Source of the DNA: Conidiobolus incongruus B7586
Lineage: Eukaryota
Assembly: GCA_000697335.1 (NCBI GenBank)
Contig: JNEM01013511.1
Location: forward strand, 1 to 44,763
Reading direction: 5' to 3'
Length of the DNA stretch: 44,763 nt
Below are positions 37,239 to 44,763 of the stretch, one piece after another. Within the stretch, counting starts at the first letter, position 1; the number at the start of each line of letters is the position of its first letter. The notes beneath the pieces are model-generated. The model saw only the letters and a list, made by a program, of their open reading frames with translations, was not told where the DNA came from and searched no databases. Position numbers and translations under genes: made by a program.

Positions 37239-39516
37239 CTTTAAATTTAAAATAATGGGAAATTTTTTAATTTCTGATTTTTCAAACATATTATTAATTT
37301 GAAATAAATAATTATATATAAAGTTAATAAGAAATTATATATTTTTAAAAAATATATATATATACATATATAATAATTTTTTTGATTAAAAAATTAATTT
37401 TTTAAAACTGGTTGTTTAATTTAATTATATTTAAACTAAATAGTAATTATCAAAAGTATTTTATTTTAATATTAGTAAAACTTAACTATAAACCTTTTAA
37501 AATTATTTAAAATTTATAAGTAGCTTTTAATAATAAAATATTATCTAAATTAATAATTTATTGTTAGGTAAACTTTATTTTAAAATTAAAAGAGAAATTA
37601 TTTAAAACTTGTTAAAATTTAAAAAATTAACTTTAACTATTATTTTTTCAATTATTAATAAAATAAAAAAATATATTAAAAAACATCTTTTTATTTTAGT
37701 TAAAAAATTATCTAAACACTTTAATATTAGTTTTATAAGTATTTTATATATATTAAAGTTTAAACTTAAATTAATAAATAAAAATATAAAATAAATACTT
37801 TATAATTTAATTAATGCTTAAAAAAATTAAAGTAATTATTATTAAATAAAACTTACTAAAATATTATTAGAAACTTAAACTTTTATAGTAAATAATTATA
37901 ATTAATTAATCTTAAATTTTTATGTATAATCTTTTATTAAAACATAAATCAAAATGTTAAATTAAGTTAAATTAACCTTCTCTATAAATCCCTTTAAATA
38001 AATATTTTATTAATAAGTAAATGTTAATTATTATAATAGATTATAATAGTATATACTATTCTTATTTAATTTTTAAAGGAAAATTAATTAATAATAAACT
38101 TTATATTGTTTTTTTAAATAAAAATATTTTTAATTAATATTTTTAATATAATTTAAAAAAACTTTATTATTTTTGTTGGGATTTAAACTTGCTTAATTAG
38201 GAGGAATCTTGTAAAAAAATATAAAGTATCAGGTAAAAAAGCCAAAAAGGTAAGTAAAAGATAAAAAAAAATAAAGTTAAAGTTAATAGAAATAGAAGAG
38301 AGGATTTATTTAAGAAAATCAGATAGTTTAAATATTTCAAACTTATCAAACAGTGGCTTATAAAATAGATTATCTAGAATATCACTAGTTTTTAAAACAA
38401 GGAGTTAAAATACTCCCTCATTACCTTATCTTTTTAAAGCTGAAGTTCCATCCAGCTTAAATCAAAAATCTTTTGATTTGATAATTAGCTAAAAGGTAAA
38501 GAATATCCCCACACTCATTATACTACTAAAGAAACAAAAAAAATAGGTAGGCTATAAATACTTAGAGACAAAATAATAAATATATACAAAATGATAAATT
38601 CAAATAAAAAGAGATAAACAAAAGCCAGGTGATATATTAACCTAGTAATTCACAAAAAAATAAATGGACTAGTTTTGAAGGTATGAGATTAATAACTTAA
38701 GCAAAAGTTTATAAGCTTAGGATTATTACCTACTATGTGAAAATTCTAGAATAGGTAAGGTAAAGAAAAGAAATATAAAAGTCTTGAGATAAAGGTACAA
38801 GGTAAGATATTATAAATTAGATGATTATCTTAACTGGATTAACTGTTTTTAAGATGTCTACAGTAATCCCTAGTGGAATCACCACTTGTTGGGGCTTAAA
38901 CTTGCTTTATTAGGAAGAATCCTATAAAAAAATATAAAGTATCAGGCAAAAGAGCCAAAAAGGTAAGTAAAAGATAAAGAAAAAGTAAAGTTAAAGTTAA
39001 TAGAAATAGAAGAGAGGGTTTATTTAAGAAAGTTTGATAGTTTAAATATTTCAAACTCATTAAATAGTGGCTTATAAAATAGATTATCTAGAATATCACT
39101 AGTTCTTAGAATAAAGAGTTAAAATACTCCCTCATTTTACATAATAATGGTAAAATACATATATTTAAAACTATAAAAAACTTTCTAATTAAAAATAACT
39201 AGAAAAAACTACTACATCTAGTATACTCTTTAGATTATAACTTATGTGGTTATAATTACTTTAGGTAAATAAAAAACCAACTTATAAGAAAAAAAATTAT
39301 TACAAGAAAATTTAATTAGTTTATAAAATATTAAATTTCAATCTTTAATAAAAAATTATTTTTTAGGTGTTAAATCTTTGTTAAAAGTATAACAAAAGGT
39401 GATTAATAATAAAAGAAACTATTAAATTTATATTATATATTTATTTTTATATATTATATATCAAAATGATTATTTATTTTCAATTATAAAAATTTCCCAT
39501 TATTGAAATTATAGAG
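37239..39516 (+). mobile_element. Full-length degenerate mariner element carrying a nested LTR mini-element
   Basis: TA-flanked with the same TIRs as 24090-25402, in inverted orientation. 2278 bp minus the 961-bp insert and 4-bp duplication gives 1313 bp, the same length as the uninterrupted copy. Confidence 0.9.
38174..39134 (-). mobile_element. TRIM-like non-autonomous LTR retroelement (LTRs 38174-38420 and 38887-39134)
   Basis: Two ~247-bp direct repeats TGTTGGG...CTCCCTCA; TTTT target duplication (empty site visible near 24470). On the minus strand a PBS-like TGGTGATTCCACTAGGGA lies 2 nt after the 5' LTR (38867-38884) and a purine tract AAAAAAGATAAGG precedes the 3' LTR. The 466-bp interior has no ORF of 60 aa or more. 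Confidence 0.85.
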
Positions 39517-40757
39517 TAATAGAAAATATTTTGAACATTCAATATTAAATATTATAAAAAAATCTATAGATATAAATCATTTAATTTTGGTTCATTAGAA
39601 GATAGTATTAGTTTTAGATATAGTTAACAATATACTATATTCAATGCATTGATATAATATATCACTCTTAATAGAAATTTAAAATAATTCAAAAATTTTT
39701 GTCAAGGTATTTAAATCAATTTATATTTCATCAACTAATCTGGTTATATATTATGCAAGTGCATAAAATAGTAATTTAACTCAGTAAACTTCAAATAAAA
39801 CATTCGATACTAATTCATAATACTCAATGTAGTTATAATAAATTTGGCAATTTCTCAATATAATATATAAATTATGAATTATCATAACTGTTTAAACTCT
39901 CTAAGCCCAGAAATTTATATTTTTGAAAATTTAAAAAGTAATTTCATTAGTTATTATTTTTGATTCCTATTTGAAAACAAAATATTTTCAAATATCAAAT
40001 TTTGAGAAATGCTGAAATAATGTATTTTGAAATTCAAAATGATTAAAAAAATAATAGGAATATTAATTAAGTATCATTTTGAAATTATTTAGTATAAAAT
40101 TTAACTGTATTAACCTAATTTTAGTTGAATTCTTTAGTTTATTAATTTATTCAAATTAATTCATTATTCATTATATTTAAAATAGCGAATTTTTGATTCT
40201 TTTTTAATATTTTATATTTTGGTGTAGTTTTAAATTAGTAGAACGTGCAATAATATTAATAATTTTATATGTTGAATAATAAAATATAATAAAAGAAAGT
40301 GTTTCATTATTGATAGTTATATCACTGGCTATAAATACATTGATTATTATGTGAATGATAATATCGTTTGTATAATATGATCCTTTGAATTAGCTGATCT
40401 TTGGTCCAGAATAAATGATCGTAGATCTTTATCATTGTAGGGTATTATACCTTGAAAATAAATCCAAACACTCTCACATGCTTGGATACCATTATATACC
40501 AATTAAGAAACTATCTTAACGTAATACAAGCAATTATATGATAGTCAAATGGAATTAAAACTGGAAATTTAGTTTTATAATAGTATGAGCTAAATGTTTA
40601 AATACTACAATATTCAAAATTGTAATTAATATTTGAATAAACAAATCATTCAATGAAATTGGACTAAAATCTTTAATTGAGTAAGAGATGATCATTTTAA
40701 GGATTTTGATTTCTCCAACTTGACCAATTGATCCAACTCAATCCAATATTAATTTGT

Positions 40758-40765
40758 TATAAATT
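40758..40765 (+). promoter_or_regulatory. Putative TATA box of GH72 copy 5
   Basis: TATAAATTGG, the same motif as the other copies but only ~50 bp upstream of the likely ATG. Confidence 0.4.
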
Positions 40766-40811
40766 GGAGTGGTGTCATACTTAGAATGTGTTTTGGTTTG
40801 ATTTTTTTATC

Positions 40812-42314
40812 ATGAAGTTGATCTTGAGTTTGTTGGGTTTGATACCTTCGATACTGGCTATTGATCCTATCGTTATTAAAGGATCTAAATTTTTTAATTC
40901 TAAAACAGGAGAGGAGTTTATCATTAAAGGTGTTGCATATCAACCAGGAGGCTCTGGTAAACAAGACCCAATTGCAAATACTGCTCAATTAGCAAATGCC
41001 ATTCCTTTGTTCAAGGAATTGGGTATCAATACGATCCGCGTATATGAAGCCTATCCTAATCTTGACCATGACAAGGGAATGAAGATGCTAGCTGATGCTG
41101 GTATCTACTTGATTTTAGATTTATCTAATCCTAAATCTTCTGTAAACCGTGAGAACCCCAAATACGATACTACCATTCTTAAAGCATTCATGGATAAAGC
41201 TGATGCTTTTGCCAAATATGACAACACTTTGGCCTACTTCGCTGGAAATGAAGTGAACAATGATGTAACCAACACGGATGCCAATCCTTTTGTTAAAGCT
41301 ATGATCCGAGATATGAAAGCACATATGAAGGCTCAATCAAGGTATATCCCCATTGGTTATGCTAATAATGATGATGCCAAGACTCTTCTAAATATTGTCA
41401 ACTACTTCAACTGTGGACCTCAAGAAGAGCGCATAGATTTCTTCGGTTATAACATCTATTCATGGTGTGGTGATTCCGATATGAAAAAATCTGGCTATGA
41501 TAAGAAGACCAAGATGTTTGAGAATTATGGTATTCCTGTCTTCTTTTCCGAATATGGATGTAATCAACCCCAACCTCGTAAATTTGGAGATGTCCCAGCT
41601 TTATACTCTGAACCAATGAGTAGTGTTTTCGCAGGTGGTTTAATCTATGAATTCACTGATGAAGAGAACAATTATGGTTTAACTAAGGTCGATGGAAATA
41701 ATTTCTCAAAATTGAAAGACTTTGATACTTATAAAAAACAGCTCAGTAAAGTCAGTCCTAAACTTACTAATATAAACAAATATAATCCAGCCAATACTGA
41801 TGGATCCAAATGCCCCGCTTCAGGGTCCAACTGGAAGGCTTCAAATACTCTCCCCCCTACCCCCTCTGAGGACACGTGTAGTTGTTTAATGAAAACTTAC
41901 AACTGTGTTGTTTCTAAATCTTTCAATGTCACTGATGAAAAGAACAATGCTGGAGAAATCTTTAAATATGCTTGCGGTGAAGGAGGAGTAGACTGTACTC
42001 GCTTGAATGCTAATGGTGAAAAAGGTACCTATGGTGATTTATCATTTTGTGATCCTGCGACTCAGCTTAGCTATGCATTAAACGCAATGTATCTCAAATC
42101 CAAAAACAAGGACACTTGCACCAGTAAGGGAGTCGGAACAGTCAATACTCCTTCCGAAAAAGATGAAGGCAAGTGCTTGTCTAAAGCTCCTAACCTAGGA
42201 AAGAAAGCTTCAGACAATACTAATGTTGGTGGTAGTAGTAGCAATAGTCAATACGTGCTCCCACCTTTTACTTTCCTGGCTGTCGCTACATTCATTACCG
42301 CCCTCTTTATTTAA
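40812..42314 (+). CDS. GH72 beta-1,3-glucanosyltransferase with X8 domain and GPI signal, copy 5 (500 aa)
   Basis: True start is likely ATG 40812 (MKLILSLLGLIPSILA|IDP signal peptide). All GH72/X8 motifs and the hydrophobic tail are present; many synonymous differences from copies 1-4. Confidence 0.95.
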   Translation: MKLILSLLGLIPSILAIDPIVIKGSKFFNSKTGEEFIIKGVAYQPGGSGKQDPIANTAQLANAIPLFKELGINTIRVYEAYPNLDHDKGMKMLADAGIYLILDLSNPKSSVNRENPKYDTTILKAFMDKADAFAKYDNTLAYFAGNEVNNDVTNTDANPFVKAMIRDMKAHMKAQSRYIPIGYANNDDAKTLLNIVNYFNCGPQEERIDFFGYNIYSWCGDSDMKKSGYDKKTKMFENYGIPVFFSEYGCNQPQPRKFGDVPALYSEPMSSVFAGGLIYEFTDEENNYGLTKVDGNNFSKLKDFDTYKKQLSKVSPKLTNINKYNPANTDGSKCPASGSNWKASNTLPPTPSEDTCSCLMKTYNCVVSKSFNVTDEKNNAGEIFKYACGEGGVDCTRLNANGEKGTYGDLSFCDPATQLSYALNAMYLKSKNKDTCTSKGVGTVNTPSEKDEGKCLSKAPNLGKKASDNTNVGGSSSNSQYVLPPFTFLAVATFITALFI

Positions 42315-44106
42315 TTGATTCACAGCATTTCCGGTTTAACCATATTTGATAGGTATTAATCGCATATTTTAGATAATGTGTACATTGCAATCTTAATTTT
42401 CAATTCATAAATTTTGATAAATATATAAAATCTTTTACTAAAAACAGATAAAAATATATTAAAGTTTAATATAAATTTAATATTCTGAAATCAATTAATT
42501 ATGAATTCATGTTTCACTTTCAAAGAATGTTGGGAGTAAGATATTAAAATTATAAATTTAAACCATTAAATCTCAGTCCAAATTAATAATATTAGAAATT
42601 ATTTTTTGTACTTATTATTTTTTGAAGTTAATACAGTGGAATATATTTTATATAGGTAAAATTTTTTATATTCTTTTTTATAAAATTAATAAAAGTTATT
42701 GATGTTATTGTAAAATTCTATTTTAAATTTTAAGACTCGATGTTTGAAATTGACTATAATATTAAAAAAGAAAAATATATTAATAATGATATTATTGTAA
42801 CTATTTTTAAAAACATATATTATCCATTTTAAACTATTCTATATGGTACTTTAAATCTGAAATGATTTCAAAAGTTATTCAAACAATAAAATGATTGATT
42901 TTAACTATGTAAAACATTATATTCAGACTAAACTTTAACTGTTGTATTTGATATTTAAGTGAATAATTATTTTTGAAAATTGACATTGAATTATTAAAAT
43001 AATAACATCATATATCTAAAAGTGATATATAGAATAATACCATTTTAATAAATTGGCATTAAAATCAAAGACTTTGATCTTAGTAAAAAGTGACGAGTAA
43101 ATTGTTGCAATGAAAGTATTATTCTCTATATATTGTACAATGATATTATATTAAGCTGAACATAGTTTAGATGATAAAGAGAAATTGTAATTTAAGCTGT
43201 AATCTCTAGATCACTGGTTTAATTCAAGTTGGTTTGGTTTTGTATATTGAAAATTGGTCTATTTTAATATGAATAAATGTTTTTTATATTTTCTACTTTC
43301 AAACATATAATTTTTTTATAATTTTTGCTTTACACTATATTTAACTTCATTTATATTTTAATATTAATAAATCATTTTCTACAATCAATTTCCTTTTTTA
43401 TTTCTTTTAAGTAATCATTTTACACACCCCTAACTTATAAAGATCGAACTTTTAGGTATCTTGAAATTGTTATATTAAAAAATTTTATATTTTACTCTCA
43501 ATTTAAACTAATCGAAAAGTGTTCAAGTATTTTATTATGTATTATTGTTGGTATTTGGTATTCTATATGAATTTAAAGCTGATGATTTGAGTAATTTTGT
43601 TTAAGGCCCTTTGTTTTCAATATAATAATGTGTTACTATATTTTTTTTATTAATTTTTGTGATTATAGATGCTATTGTGTATATATAAATAGTATGTAAA
43701 TTTTATATCTGAAACTCAGTTAATCATTATCGATGATTTTTTAAAAATATCACAACATATTGTAAAGAATATGAAATATTTATTTTTATATTTACATAAA
43801 CGTTATTTTATTTTTTTCAACATTCATCATGTAACAATAATCATTTTTCAATTACATATTATCAATTTATTTTGTAAATTCCATTTAACTGAACTACAGA
43901 GTGTATACATTATTACACTAATAATTTAATCTTATACATATATTTTGGACTTAGTTGAATTATATTCAAATTTTTGTAAGTACAAGGGACATATCATTCT
44001 TGTTAATTAAATTTGATTTTTCTTAATAAAGTTATTTTATATTGTTATGAATTCTTATCCTATATATAAATATATATATTAACATTTTACTAAAAAGTAT
44101 TTATTA

Positions 44107-44763
44107 CTCTATAATTTCAATAATGGGAATTTTTTATGATTGAAAATAAATAATCATTTTGATATATAATATATAAAAATAAATATATAATATAAATTTA
44201 ATAGTTTCTTTTATTATTAATAACTTTTTGTTATACTTTCAACAAACTTTTAACACTTAGAAAATAGTTTTTCTTATTAAAAACTAAAATTTAATATCTT
44301 AGAAATCAATTAAATATTCTTATAGAATTTTTTTTCTTATAAGCTGGTTTTTTAATTGATTAAAGTAATTATAATCATATAAGTTATAATCTAAAGAATA
44401 TACTAGATATAGTAGTTTTTTCTAATTATTTCTAAATAGTAAGTTTTTTATAACTTTAAATTTATAAATTTATAAATTTATAATTAATATATAAAATAAT
44501 AAGTTTTCTCAAATTATATTAAAAACACTAATTAAAAATATTTTTATTTAAAAAATAATATAAAACTTACTATTAATTTATTCTCCTTTAAAAACTAAAT
44601 AAAAGTAGTATATACTATTATAATTTACTATAATAATTAATATTTACTTATTAACAAAATATTTATTTAAAGGAATTTATAAAAAAGGTTATTTTGATTT
44701 AATTTAGCATTTTGATTTATATTTTAATAAAAGATTATATATAATAATTTAAAATTTATTGAT
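44107..44763 (-). mobile_element. Mariner element (same family), truncated by the window end
   Basis: TA|CTCTATAATTTCAATAATGGGAATTTTTT TIR; colinear with 24090-24740. Confidence 0.88.

Noticed and set aside
40788..40811. Upstream GTG start for copy 5 (and TTG 33025 for the receptor gene)
   Set aside because: Eukaryotic context; downstream ATGs give clean signal peptides.
1..44763. CRISPR array, rRNA, tRNA or prokaryotic operon
   Set aside because: No repeat-spacer periodicity or recognisable structural RNA seen; introns, GPI signals and TE types indicate a eukaryote.

Overview
AT-rich eukaryotic genomic DNA, most likely fungal; an early-diverging lineage is inferred from gene content but the taxon cannot be fixed from this window. 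Genes: (i) five intronless paralogues of GH72 beta-1,3-glucanosyltransferase (Gas/Gel/Phr family, with an X8/CBM43 domain and a GPI signal), four in tandem on the minus strand and one on the plus strand. They show patchwork identity typical of gene conversion, and copy 3 has lost its linker and GPI tail through a 1-nt frameshift. (ii) A 6-exon COP9 signalosome subunit 8-like gene that the ORF track only catches in fragments. (iii) A ~1198-aa intronless protein with signal peptide, Kelch ectodomain, one transmembrane helix, a degenerate kinase fold and a Cys/His-bearing C-terminal domain, i.e. a candidate receptor-like pseudokinase, the most novel-looking gene here. Intergenic DNA holds decayed transposons: several mariner (DD34D) copies, two of them complete at 1313 bp, an IR/DR-type Tc1, a PIF/Harbinger with AAT target duplication, three solo LTRs, and a TRIM-like mini LTR element nested in a mariner. 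The DNA transposons and the TRIM are heavily hit by C>T/G>A transitions (RIP-like), while the near-identical GH72 repeats and the solo LTRs are not. All alignments and counts were done by eye.
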